From the IMG/VR virus record IMGVR_UViG_3300020460_000014, positions 13,192 to 77,191 of that record: a DNA stretch of 64,000 nucleotides; one strand, given 5' to 3'. This DNA is from a virus. Lineage: Duplodnaviria > Caudoviricetes. A model generated the notes under the pieces. It ran no database searches and was not told where the DNA came from. It was given only the letters and a program-made list of their open reading frames with translations. This document shows positions 9,561-18,854 of the stretch, in pieces. Numbering within the stretch: position 1 is the stretch's first letter; each line of letters opens with the position of its first letter. Both the position numbers and the translations under genes were made by a program.

Positions 9561-10088
9561 TTATCCTTTTAATTTTTTAATTTCTCTAGTAACCTTGGTC
9601 CAATACCATTCCGTTGACTCTTTTTTCCAGCCTCTTGGTCCTCCATTCCAACACCGGGCAACGACCTCATCAGTGTCGCATTCATGGTGGAAATCTTTCC
9701 AAATATAAAACATTTCAATAGATTTTTCTCTATCAAATCGGTCTTTTAAAGAATACTTCTTTTTTATTTTTTGCCTTTTTAGAATTCTATTTACTTCTTT
9801 AACCATAATCGGTCTAATTTGAAGAACTCCAATTGAAGGAACTCTCAAGTTCTTATCTCCAACCATATCCTCTTTTCCTCCACTTTCTACTTGTATCATT
9901 GCCCTAACTAATATAGAATCTACTGGAATTATTTTAATAGTATCTTTAGGAATTTCCTTTGGTGCAGGAAGTTCGATACATTGTTCAAAACATTCTTGGA
10001 TTTTTTTATTTTTATAAATTTTAAAGGGCGCTAAAAGAGAAGTTGTTGCAATAAGTGGCAGTGCTAACTTTTGAATCTTATTGATCAT
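9561..10088 (-). CDS. lytic transglycosylase (SLT/lysozyme-like)
   Basis: MIQVESGG catalytic Glu, GVLQI, RCWNGGP. Confidence 0.85.
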   Translation of the reverse strand: MINKIQKLALPLIATTSLLAPFKIYKNKKIQECFEQCIELPAPKEIPKDTIKIIPVDSILVRAMIQVESGGKEDMVGDKNLRVPSIGVLQIRPIMVKEVNRILKRQKIKKKYSLKDRFDREKSIEMFYIWKDFHHECDTDEVVARCWNGGPRGWKKESTEWYWTKVTREIKKLKG

Positions 10089-10095
10089 ATTTTAT

Positions 10096-11136
10096 TTATC
10101 TTCTATATTCTGTTACTAACGGGTTCATAATGTAAAACCATAAAGGTGGTATCAAACAAAGTATCATCATTGTTGGATAACCAAAAGGATGTCTAGGTGC
10201 ATATTCTAATTCTTTTAATATTTGATAAGGTATTGATGCCTTATTATGATGTTCAGAATGTCGTGGAAGGGTAAACAACATGGCTGAACTCCAAAAAGAC
10301 GGATTATTCCATGAATGATTATCGCTAACCTTTTCATATTTGCCATTTTTATTTTTTTTGCGTCTTAATCCATAATGCTGGATATAATTTAATTGTGATA
10401 ATACGAAATGAGCAAAAAATGAACATATTAAAGCGTATGCTAATCCACTAAATCCAAAGAAGTGTAAAATAATATACAAAAATACTCCTTGGCAAATAGA
10501 ATATTGTAACAATTGATTTGCCCATGTTATTGGTGGATAATTCTTATTGGCCAATCTTTTAACTTCAACCCTCCATGCCCCTATTGTATTTCCAATTACG
10601 TCTTTTGCGAAAAAATAATAGAAATTCTCTCCTCGTTTTGCAGATCCTGGGTCATTTTCAGTGCCTACCCATCTGTGGTGGATATGATTATGGTAAATAA
10701 AGAAGTCCATCATTAAAATCTGCATCAAAGATAACTTAGCCATAAATTGCTTGAACATATTCTTTCTATGTCCTAATTCATGGGCTAAATTTACAATGTT
10801 ACCACTTATAACCCCCATTCCTAACGTCATTCCTATAATTTCAAATAATGTTATTGTTGGTCCTGTTACTGCGCTTAAATATAAATAAAGAAAAATATAT
10901 TGAAGTGGAACTAGTCCATATAATATAAATGTATAAAACATATTTGACTTTGCCTTATCTTCTTCCTCCTTTGTAAAATTATAAATGTCTTCCGGAAGAA
11001 TAAAATCTACAAGTGGAATGAAAATGAAGGCATATATTGGAATTGAATAACTCCAATAACCCCCTAACACAAATGATAAAATAGCAAACGGGACCGCAGT
11101 ATAAGGTAACAGATATTTTATAGCAGAATATCTCAT
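10096..11136 (-). CDS. alkB: alkane 1-monooxygenase (AlkB-type membrane di-iron enzyme)
   Basis: His boxes HELGH, HNHIHH, NYIQHYG, LPRHSEHH; multiple TM helices; C-terminal 'P.GYPTMMILCLIPPLW..IMNP'. Confidence 0.85.
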   Translation of the reverse strand: MRYSAIKYLLPYTAVPFAILSFVLGGYWSYSIPIYAFIFIPLVDFILPEDIYNFTKEEEDKAKSNMFYTFILYGLVPLQYIFLYLYLSAVTGPTITLFEIIGMTLGMGVISGNIVNLAHELGHRKNMFKQFMAKLSLMQILMMDFFIYHNHIHHRWVGTENDPGSAKRGENFYYFFAKDVIGNTIGAWRVEVKRLANKNYPPITWANQLLQYSICQGVFLYIILHFFGFSGLAYALICSFFAHFVLSQLNYIQHYGLRRKKNKNGKYEKVSDNHSWNNPSFWSSAMLFTLPRHSEHHNKASIPYQILKELEYAPRHPFGYPTMMILCLIPPLWFYIMNPLVTEYRR

Positions 11137-11142
11137 TATTAA

Positions 11143-11553
11143 TTATTTTTTATAAATTATTATTCCTACGTTATTTTCAGGTACTATTACCATGTATTTT
11201 TTAGTACTATCACTTAGTATTGTTAATTTATCATAATAAACTAATCCGATATATTTTGATACTTTAACAGTTTTTTTAATTCCATCTTCTAAATAAATTG
11301 AATCGACTGCATTTGTTAATTTATACTGCCTATATAAACTATTATCAAATATTGACCTTATAGAAACAGTATGAAGTAATCTATTATCATCTGATGAAAT
11401 TATAAAATCTTCTCCAACCTGTGTAACGAATGAATTTGCCTCCCAACTTTGAATAAGATCTCCGCGGGCTGTCATTAACTGAACTTCATTGTATTGATAC
11501 TTTTGACTAAATAATGTAAGCGGTAATAATAATAATAGTATTAAAGTTTTCAT
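11143..11553 (-). CDS. hypothetical secreted protein
   Basis: Signal-peptide-like MKTLILLLLLPLTLFSQ. Confidence 0.6.
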   Translation of the reverse strand: MKTLILLLLLPLTLFSQKYQYNEVQLMTARGDLIQSWEANSFVTQVGEDFIISSDDNRLLHTVSIRSIFDNSLYRQYKLTNAVDSIYLEDGIKKTVKVSKYIGLVYYDKLTILSDSTKKYMVIVPENNVGIIIYKK

Positions 11554-11594
11554 ATTAATCCATTTTCTGTATTGAAATAATTTTTTGATCTATA

Positions 11595-11771
11595 TCAAAT
11601 TCTAGTATTGCCTTCACCTTTGTTTTGGTTTTCTAATTTAACAATCTTTTCCTCCAATTTTTCTTTAAGTTCATCTGGAATATCCCAACACCACGTAATT
11701 GCTTTTAGTGTTCCTAGGAACTCGCCTTTTAGTCTTGCCATTTCTAATTTTAATTCTTGTTCTTTATCCAT
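11595..11771 (-). CDS. small hypothetical protein (58 aa), not in ORF track
   Basis: Hand translation MDKEQELKLEMARLKGEFLGTLKAITWCWDIPDELKEKLEEKIVKLENQNKGEGNTRI. Confidence 0.5.
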   Translation of the reverse strand: MDKEQELKLEMARLKGEFLGTLKAITWCWDIPDELKEKLEEKIVKLENQNKGEGNTRI

Positions 11772-11791
11772 GACTCATCTTGGTTTTGGTT

Positions 11792-13102
11792 TTATACATA
11801 ATCAACTCTTCCATTTTCATAAATTGCTTTGACTACTGGGAATCTTAAAGAATGTTCTCCATTTTGATTTGTAGTCTCTTCGAAATATTGAACACATATA
11901 GTCTTATTTAATATTTTATCAGGGTTTTTGAAAAAGTTTCTTTTTTGTTCAAGACTGAAACCACTTCCAACCTGCACTCGATTTCCTTTATGTTCTATGA
12001 TTACATTTTTCAACATCATCTCTTCTACCTCTTGGCCATTGACGATTACGCGATTTATGGAGTTCTCTAAGTCTACGACAATATATTCCTCATCATAAAA
12101 TTTCTTTACCTTTAAAATATCAGTGCTGCGCTTTCCTTTGTACTTCTCGTCTTTTCGTAGCATTAGACCTTCCCAACCACTTTTAACTGCAAAGTCCATC
12201 TTAGTATCAAACATATCCCAACTGGTTAAAAGGTCCTGTTCGAGAATTCTAAAGTGTTGGGCCGGAGGATAGACTCCATCGACCACCATTTGAAGATTAT
12301 CAAGTCTAACGCTTAATTTTTCCCTAGAAGTCTTATTCTCAAAATTTTCCAAAGAGATCATATCGAAGATTTGGAATAACGGATTCTCGATGGTGTGATC
12401 CTTTCTTTTGATTTCTTTAATAATTGATTGAAAATCTTCATCACCATTTTCATCAACAATGCAAATCTCTCCATCCATAACAATGTTGTAAAGATTTAAT
12501 TTTTCAAGTTCTTCTGCAACTTTTCCAAGTGTATCAAATGGTTTGCCACTTCTACTTTTGAAAGTAACAGTTCCAAAATTATCAAAGAATGCTAAACATC
12601 TAACTCCATCCAATTTTCTAGAAAGATACCAATCATCAGTTGAAAGGTCTACTTTCTTTTTGGTTTTCTCATCATAAGTGGCTGCTAATGCGACATCAAA
12701 TGTTGGAACCAGACCTGGCACAACTTTATTAATCATTGAAGTTGTAGAACGGGTCTTAAGATTTCGGTCTATAATATTATAGATAAGATCTTCGTGCTGT
12801 CTATTCTCAAGAATAAATCTATTTACAACTGAAATAGCAGCATGTCCTGTAACATCTCTATCATTTAAAGCATCTAATAGGGTAAATATGCTACCGAATT
12901 GATTTCCTATAGGACTAACCAGATCACTCCTCTTTTTAAGATTTTTACTTGTAACGTAATATTGTTTAAAGGGAGAATAAACATACCGGAGTGCTTGAAG
13001 GACCTCCTGATCTGTTGTATAGTCTCTTAATACGTCTAACTTATCATTATTTGAATTTGATGAGTTACTTCTGTCTATGAATTCTTGTAATCTATCTAAC
13101 AT
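11792..13102 (-). CDS. gp30: ATP-dependent DNA ligase (gp30-like)
   Basis: KLDGVR adenylation motif, MDGEI, EGLMLR, LKVK, VGSGFS, LRFP. Confidence 0.95.
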   Translation of the reverse strand: MLDRLQEFIDRSNSSNSNNDKLDVLRDYTTDQEVLQALRYVYSPFKQYYVTSKNLKKRSDLVSPIGNQFGSIFTLLDALNDRDVTGHAAISVVNRFILENRQHEDLIYNIIDRNLKTRSTTSMINKVVPGLVPTFDVALAATYDEKTKKKVDLSTDDWYLSRKLDGVRCLAFFDNFGTVTFKSRSGKPFDTLGKVAEELEKLNLYNIVMDGEICIVDENGDEDFQSIIKEIKRKDHTIENPLFQIFDMISLENFENKTSREKLSVRLDNLQMVVDGVYPPAQHFRILEQDLLTSWDMFDTKMDFAVKSGWEGLMLRKDEKYKGKRSTDILKVKKFYDEEYIVVDLENSINRVIVNGQEVEEMMLKNVIIEHKGNRVQVGSGFSLEQKRNFFKNPDKILNKTICVQYFEETTNQNGEHSLRFPVVKAIYENGRVDYV

Positions 13103-13103
13103 A

Positions 13104-13406
13104 TTATTTTAATTTTGGGAAACTACCAATTGTTGCTTTTTTTAAGAATTTTGGAGAAACTCTATAGGTTCTTCCAAGTCCTGAATTAACGATTGTTACA
13201 GTTTTTGAATTTACTCTTTCAACTACATACATTACATGTTTTTCGTAGTTTTCATGTACGATGCTTACAGTATCGCCTTTTTTGAATTCAGTAAGTTCTT
13301 CTTCTACAATAAGTTTCATTGCAACTTTATATAAATCTGCAATTTCTTTTAATTCTTCTCGATTTGCTGTTCTAATAAAATCTTTAACTTGTTCTAAATT
13401 TACCAT
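13104..13406 (-). CDS. hypothetical protein (SH3/KOW-like C-terminus)
   Basis: 100-aa ORF behind early-type element; 'FKKGDTV...VVERVNSKTVTI'. Confidence 0.6.
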   Translation of the reverse strand: MVNLEQVKDFIRTANREELKEIADLYKVAMKLIVEEELTEFKKGDTVSIVHENYEKHVMYVVERVNSKTVTIVNSGLGRTYRVSPKFLKKATIGSFPKLK

Positions 13407-13432
13407 TTTTTTACTGTTTTAATGTTTGTTAT

Positions 13433-13490
13433 TTATAATATAAATATAAACAAAATCCATGACATAAAAAAATCTGGGCGCACTTTTTTT
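13433..13490 (-). promoter_or_regulatory. putative early promoter, copy 2
   Basis: AAATATAAACAAAATCCATGACATAAAAAAATCTGGGCGCAC on plus strand. Confidence 0.75.
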
Positions 13491-13864
13491 CATAAATTTT
13501 CAAAATTCTTAATCTTTTCCCATTGGATGTTAACTTTCCTAGCAGCGTATTTTATTAATCTTTCTAACCTTTCTACTCTAGTAGGTAACATAATTCTACG
13601 ATAATCATAATATTGATAAACTTTTCCAGAAGAAGTATCAGTCCATTCATTACCATATCTTTTAACTTGATTAAGTTGATAACAACCTTCTACTCTTCCA
13701 TATTTATCAAACATTTTCTTTCTAACATATCCATTAGAGTGTTCTGTAACTACTTCTCCAGTTTTAAGTTCCCACTCTGAAGTTCCATTCTTTTTTTGAG
13801 TTCTACTTGTAGTTTCAAAAGCTCCTAGAGCCTCAAAAACCATTATTGCTTCTTTTTCAGTCAT
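13490..13864 (-). CDS. hypothetical protein
   Basis: 124-aa ORF. Confidence 0.6.
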   Translation of the reverse strand: MTEKEAIMVFEALGAFETTSRTQKKNGTSEWELKTGEVVTEHSNGYVRKKMFDKYGRVEGCYQLNQVKRYGNEWTDTSSGKVYQYYDYRRIMLPTRVERLERLIKYAARKVNIQWEKIKNFENL

Positions 13865-14165
13865 TTTTTATTTTTTTAAGATTGTTTTCAAAAATTTCTT
13901 GTTCAGTATCTCTAATCAACCTGCTAAGATCTTTCATAATTTGATCATTTGCAGATGTTGGATAATTTCCCACCACAAATGACGTATGAATACTATCTAA
14001 AATTCTTTGCCTTTCAGCAAGACTAACTGGTCTGCTTTTATGCTTGTGAATTTTTCTAATAATTCGATTAGCCCTGCTAACCCAATATCTATTATGCATC
14101 ATTTTTGATTCTGACATATAATCTATTTTGTAATCTAAATCTTCGATAATTTTATTCCAATTCAT
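13857..14165 (-). CDS. hypothetical protein
   Basis: 102-aa ORF. Confidence 0.55.
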   Translation of the reverse strand: MNWNKIIEDLDYKIDYMSESKMMHNRYWVSRANRIIRKIHKHKSRPVSLAERQRILDSIHTSFVVGNYPTSANDQIMKDLSRLIRDTEQEIFENNLKKIKND

Positions 14166-14176
14166 ATTTTTTATTT

Positions 14177-14368
14177 TTAAAGTTGATCAACGTAATTTCC
14201 TGAAAGGCCTGTAACAATATCAAAAACCTCATCTTTAACACCATATTTTTCTAATTGATTGTTAAATTGATCTTGGTATTTGTATGCATTGTCGAAATAA
14301 AGCTTGGCTGCTTCTTTATAATTAGCCTCGATAAGTGAATTTTTAAAAGTTTTAATTATATCTTTCAT
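14177..14368 (-). CDS. hypothetical protein
   Basis: 63-aa ORF directly behind early-type element. Confidence 0.55.
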   Translation of the reverse strand: MKDIIKTFKNSLIEANYKEAAKLYFDNAYKYQDQFNNQLEKYGVKDEVFDIVTGLSGNYVDQL

Positions 14369-14384
14369 TTGTTCTGTTTTTTAA

Positions 14385-14441
14385 TTATAGTTAAATATAA
14401 ACAAAATTCTTGACATAAAAAAATCTGGGCGCACTTTTTTT
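14385..14441 (-). promoter_or_regulatory. putative early promoter, copy 3
   Basis: AAATATAAACAAAATTCTTGACATAAAAAAATCTGGGCGCAC on plus strand. Confidence 0.75.
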
Positions 14442-14491
14442 AAAAAAAGTTTTGAACAGTAGGTAGGTCCCTATAACGCCCAAAAAAGATT

Positions 14492-15070
14492 CTATAAAAA
14501 TAAATTGGCCTTTATCATTTTTATGGCTATTGCTATACAAACGATACCGAACATTTTTCTAAGAACTAAAAGTCCACTCTGACCAAATAACCTAGATAAC
14601 CTATCAACTGATTTCAAAGTTGCATAAACTACTAACAAATTTAACACTATTCCAACTAATATCGTCCAAAACGGATAGAGTGAATTAAAAGATATTATTG
14701 TGGTAAGAGATCCTGGACCAGCTATTAATGGAAAGGCTAATGGAACAATTGAAGAACCTTTAGTATCTGGCTCTGTTTTAAAGAATGTAAGACCTAAAAC
14801 CAATTCCAAACCCATAAAAAAGAGTATTAATCCACCAGCTATAGAAAAAGAGGCAACATCAAGGCCCAAGAACCCAAGAGCAGTTTCTCCAAAAAATAGG
14901 AATATTACCATCATTGCAAATGCGATAAGAGTGGCCTTAAAACTTTCTATCTGGCCAAACTTTTTTCGCAAGTCCATGATTATTGGGATTGCCCCAAATA
15001 TATCTATGACAGCAAACAACGTCATCGTTATAGTTATAACTTCGCTCCACATAATACCACTAATATCCAT
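14492..15070 (-). CDS. marC: MarC family membrane protein
   Basis: 'LFAVIDIFGAIP', 'SFSIAGGLILF', 'IVPLAFPLIAGPGSLTT', 'RKMFGIV..AIAIKMI'. Confidence 0.92.
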   Translation of the reverse strand: MDISGIMWSEVITITMTLFAVIDIFGAIPIIMDLRKKFGQIESFKATLIAFAMMVIFLFFGETALGFLGLDVASFSIAGGLILFFMGLELVLGLTFFKTEPDTKGSSIVPLAFPLIAGPGSLTTIISFNSLYPFWTILVGIVLNLLVVYATLKSVDRLSRLFGQSGLLVLRKMFGIVCIAIAIKMIKANLFL

Positions 15071-15235
15071 AATTTTAATTTATTTAAATCTAACAAAAAT
15101 ACATTGAAACCATAATTCCTAAAGATACACCTAACATAACTAAGAATAATATCCCTAGAGCATCATTATATTTTCTTTTTTTCCAATAATCGTCATCATT
15201 AAACATTTTAAAAAGTTATTTTCAAAACTATTTAT

Positions 15236-17614
15236 CTATAGCTTTTTTGAAAAAGACAAATATATTCCTCTTCCAATATTCATTGAAGAAATTTCTTTAA
15301 TTCCAGTATCAGTCTGTTGCCTCATGATTGAATTATTATTAAAAATATTGGTAAATAAAATTTTGGTTTTTATTTTTTTATTGTTAAAAACCCAACTTAA
15401 ATTTACCATTGGATAGGATACTTCGTAAGTATCCCCAATTCCTTGAATTCCTGCAGAATATAATTTCCTAGATTCGTATATTGTAGATATTGTAAAAAAG
15501 TTATTTTTCTTAGAATATGTTATGTCTGCGTTTGTTATTAATTCTGGCGCGCCTTCTAAAGGTCTTTCCATATTTGTAGATAATACAGAAACGTCTGAAT
15601 TGTCATTTAAATAAACTTTGCTCTTCGTATATGCAGAATTCAGACATAATTCAAAATCATTTATTTGTTTTTTAAATTCAGATTCTAATCCATATACTTG
15701 TGCCATATTTGAATTTTGAAATGATTGCAACCTTCCTGATGCAGTTGCTAAATTTACCCTTTCAATAGGATTTGTTAAATGCTTATAAAATGCATATATC
15801 GATATTACTTCTCCTCTTCTTGGATAATGTTCAAATCCTAAATCAACATTTTTAATATTACAATTTAATAAATTAGGATTTCCCTTTATCTTTTCACCTG
15901 CAAACATGTCTGTATATTCAAATGGCATTAATTCTCTAAAATTAGGCATAGATACTGTGTGAGAATATATTCCTCTTAGTTTAGTTTTTTCAGATAGATT
16001 ATACTTTAAATTTAACGTTGGTAAAAAATACAAATTATTAATTTTATTTTCTATTAAAAATATAGGTTGAACTTGGTCTCTATAAAATAACTTTTGTATA
16101 TTATACTCTAATCTTAAACCACATGAAACATCTAATCTCTTAAAAGACTTTGTTGTAGTAAAATATCCTGAGAATATTTGTAAGTTTGAATTTACCTCAG
16201 ACGCTAAATCAATTAAAGTATCTTGTGAAATTATATGTGAATTTAATGATGTAGATGGATTAAAGGTTTCTGGTAATTCAAACAAAAGTCTATCATAATC
16301 AAAATTTCTTAACTTTAATAAATAATCAGTTCCTATTTCTGTTTTAAACCCCATAAGTTCTCTATTAAAACTTAAGCCTCCTAATATCATATCTTCTCTA
16401 AAGATATTACTAAAACTGTGATTATCTAATGCGTCAATTGTATTAAATCTATTATCATCAAACCATACAAATTGTTCTCTACCATCTTCACCAGATATAG
16501 ATCTACTAAGTGAAACATATCCGCTAAAATCATTTAATTCTAATAGCGTTTGATTAGACAATAGAATGCTATTAAAGGGTGTTCTCCTATTTGTTAATAC
16601 TTCTTTGTTATAGTCGAAATGTGTCCCTTGAGTTAACCGAGTTGCATCAGAGGTATTGTAATTTATTAAAGATATGTTTTTAATAAAAAGACTATTTAAT
16701 GTCTTATCAAAATAAACTAATCCGCAATAATTATTAGTTGTATTATTCTCTATCCAATCATAATCTAAAGAAACATTTCCTTGTCTATTAACTATTCTTG
16801 TAAATCCTTCAACTTCTTTATTAGAATAAGAATGTTTAAATAATATAGAAAACTTATTTCTGTATATTGCAAAATCTTCTGAAAAGTTATATCCTAAATT
16901 ATATCCACCTCCTAAACTAAATTTAGTACTTTGTTCTATAGGAATTTTTGTATTAAAATTTATAGTGCCTCCCGTTGATTGACTATATAAATTACTTGAA
17001 TATGACTTTGACACAGAAACATTACTAGCAATTCCAGTTGGAAGTATTGTAATATCTAAATTTGTAACGTCTGGACTTATTGAAGAAACAGGTAAACTAT
17101 TCAATGTAACTTGATTATATCTGTCATGAAGTCCTCTAACAACTATTGTTTTAGATTTTTTAACACTAACGCCTGCAACCTTTTTTACAGCGCCTGTAGT
17201 ATTTAAAACTCCTTTCTTTTCTATTTCCTCTTGGCCTATCGTTGAAGTTATATCGTTTGAATTTTTCTTATCAATTAATATAACTTTCTCAGAGCCAATA
17301 TCTCTCTTAGCAACTACTTTAAACTCATTTAATTCTAAATGGTATTGTTCTAATAAAACGTTTCCATCCCAGCTGCTATCAACTATTACCATTTTTTCAA
17401 CATAAGAAACAAAGGAAAACCTTAAGGTATCTCCTTCATAAACTTCTAAATCGTAATTTCCATCAAAATCGGTTACTGTCCCTTTATTTTGACCCATTAC
17501 TTTAATATTAACAAAAGGTAATGCTTCTCCGGTTTCTTTATCTACCACCTTCCCATCTATTGCAAAAACAGATGATGTTAAAAATAATAGAAATATTAGT
17601 AGTATCTTTTTCAT
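15236..17614 (-). CDS. TonB-dependent receptor with N-terminal CarboxypepD_reg-like domain (start re-called at 17614)
   Basis: Signal peptide MKKILLIFLLFLTSSVFA; 'GKVVDKETGEALPFVNI..GTVTDFDGNY'; plug 'IVVRGLHDRYNQVTLN'; 'GNPNL', 'PIE', 'GLESEF' barrel motifs; ATG overlaps upstream TGA (ATGA). Confidence 0.88.
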   Translation of the reverse strand: MKKILLIFLLFLTSSVFAIDGKVVDKETGEALPFVNIKVMGQNKGTVTDFDGNYDLEVYEGDTLRFSFVSYVEKMVIVDSSWDGNVLLEQYHLELNEFKVVAKRDIGSEKVILIDKKNSNDITSTIGQEEIEKKGVLNTTGAVKKVAGVSVKKSKTIVVRGLHDRYNQVTLNSLPVSSISPDVTNLDITILPTGIASNVSVSKSYSSNLYSQSTGGTINFNTKIPIEQSTKFSLGGGYNLGYNFSEDFAIYRNKFSILFKHSYSNKEVEGFTRIVNRQGNVSLDYDWIENNTTNNYCGLVYFDKTLNSLFIKNISLINYNTSDATRLTQGTHFDYNKEVLTNRRTPFNSILLSNQTLLELNDFSGYVSLSRSISGEDGREQFVWFDDNRFNTIDALDNHSFSNIFREDMILGGLSFNRELMGFKTEIGTDYLLKLRNFDYDRLLFELPETFNPSTSLNSHIISQDTLIDLASEVNSNLQIFSGYFTTTKSFKRLDVSCGLRLEYNIQKLFYRDQVQPIFLIENKINNLYFLPTLNLKYNLSEKTKLRGIYSHTVSMPNFRELMPFEYTDMFAGEKIKGNPNLLNCNIKNVDLGFEHYPRRGEVISIYAFYKHLTNPIERVNLATASGRLQSFQNSNMAQVYGLESEFKKQINDFELCLNSAYTKSKVYLNDNSDVSVLSTNMERPLEGAPELITNADITYSKKNNFFTISTIYESRKLYSAGIQGIGDTYEVSYPMVNLSWVFNNKKIKTKILFTNIFNNNSIMRQQTDTGIKEISSMNIGRGIYLSFSKKL

Positions 17615-18750
17615 AATCCCTTGGTCCAATAGGCTGTCCAGGTTTGATAATTTGCTCCAACGTTGGAGTTTAAATCGAACCAAACATCATTAGCCTCATT
17701 TAATAAATTTTCAAAATCTTCACAGTCTTTATAATTTTGACCGTTACTATGTACATTAGAATTAGATACTACTAATTCTCCATTATTCATATTTAAAAGC
17801 GTTAATGAGTCAGAAACTCTAACACCATATTTAGGAAAGTTAAATACTTCAATGTTGTATAGTTTTCCCTTTGTTCCTTCTCTTAATCTTATACCTGTGT
17901 TATCTCCATCTCCATCATCAATTCCCTCTAAGGTAACATTTACTAAAATTGGATTTGAATATGGGTTTGCATTGTTATCATCTCCGTTATTATCTGCCTC
18001 TATTCCTCTATCTCCTCCATCTGATAATTGTTTAGCATACCAATATTGTCCCTTTCCAGACCATCCATGTGTCCAATCAAATGAATCATCGTGGTTTCCT
18101 AAAGAAACTGCCCATTTTACATTTACTGCTCCACCAAAAAATTCAATACCATCATCTGCACCTCTATATGCTTCAATATATTCAACAACGGTTTCATCAC
18201 CAACTCCATTAAATGAAAAACCATTTAATTCATTATCTGTTCCTAATATTTTACCAGCATATTCTACTCTAACATATCTTAATGTTCCTGAATTATCAGA
18301 GTTATTATTACCTCCATATATTCCAGTTCCTCCTTCTCCTTCTGCAGTTTCTCCAGTATTTAAAACTCCATATCCATTTATCACTAATCCTCCCCATGCT
18401 CCAGGTTCTTCAAGATCTGATGTAAATATAATAGGATTTGTTTTTGTCCCATCTGCTAAAATCTTAGCACCTCTTTGAATGGATAAAAAAGGTGTTGTGC
18501 CGTCGTTTGATGCGAATACACTTACTCCAGAATCAATTGTCAAAGTATATCCTTCTTCAACAAAAACTCCACCACTTAATTCCCATTCTCTATCATTTGT
18601 GATTGTAAAATCTCTATCAATATATCCTGCTATTTGAGTCCTTCCATTTGAAAGCTCAGTTAAAACCAATCTACTATTTGGTTCTAAAGGATCTGGCTTT
18701 TTACAAGAAAAAGCCAAAAATAATAATAATAAAAAGTATAAATTTTTCAT
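17611..18750 (-). CDS. Bacteroidota-type lipoprotein, parallel beta-helix-like, partner of TBDR
   Basis: Lipobox LAFSC; 'IQRGAKILADGTKTNPIIFTS', 'WGGLVI', 'DNSGTLRYVRVEYAG', 'DDGIEFFGG', 'DDSFDWTHGW'. Confidence 0.8.
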   Translation of the reverse strand: MKNLYFLLLLFLAFSCKKPDPLEPNSRLVLTELSNGRTQIAGYIDRDFTITNDREWELSGGVFVEEGYTLTIDSGVSVFASNDGTTPFLSIQRGAKILADGTKTNPIIFTSDLEEPGAWGGLVINGYGVLNTGETAEGEGGTGIYGGNNNSDNSGTLRYVRVEYAGKILGTDNELNGFSFNGVGDETVVEYIEAYRGADDGIEFFGGAVNVKWAVSLGNHDDSFDWTHGWSGKGQYWYAKQLSDGGDRGIEADNNGDDNNANPYSNPILVNVTLEGIDDGDGDNTGIRLREGTKGKLYNIEVFNFPKYGVRVSDSLTLLNMNNGELVVSNSNVHSNGQNYKDCEDFENLLNEANDVWFDLNSNVGANYQTWTAYWTKGL

Positions 18751-18804
18751 TGTTTATTAGTTTTGGTTTATATAATTTTTCTAATCCGGAAAAGATGCCC
18801 AGGC

Positions 18805-18824
18805 AGGTTAAATAAAGGTTAAAT
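18805..18824 (-). promoter_or_regulatory. Pho-box-like tandem direct repeat upstream of lipoprotein-TBDR operon
   Basis: ATTTAACCT-TT-ATTTAACCT: exact 9-bp repeat with 11-bp period. Confidence 0.5.
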
Positions 18825-18854
18825 CTTAGATAAATAAATTAAAAAAGAATTAAC

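Noticed and set aside
15088-15185. Possible 31-aa TTG-started membrane peptide (LEKRKYNDALGILFLVMLGVSLGIMVSMYFC) between TBDR and marC
   Set aside because: Too short, with a non-ATG start and no recognisable homology; cannot be supported.
17615-17683. N-terminal extension of the TBDR ORF as given in the track (start 17683)
   Set aside because: It overlaps the lipoprotein coding end; the ATG at 17614 gives a proper signal peptide and an ATGA coupling.
17852-18478. Long plus-strand ORFs such as 17852-18478, 14700-15107, 21437-21913, 24817-25125, 38629-38928, 43608-43910 and 49419-49688
   Set aside because: Antisense shadows of well-supported minus-strand genes, with no motifs or promoters.
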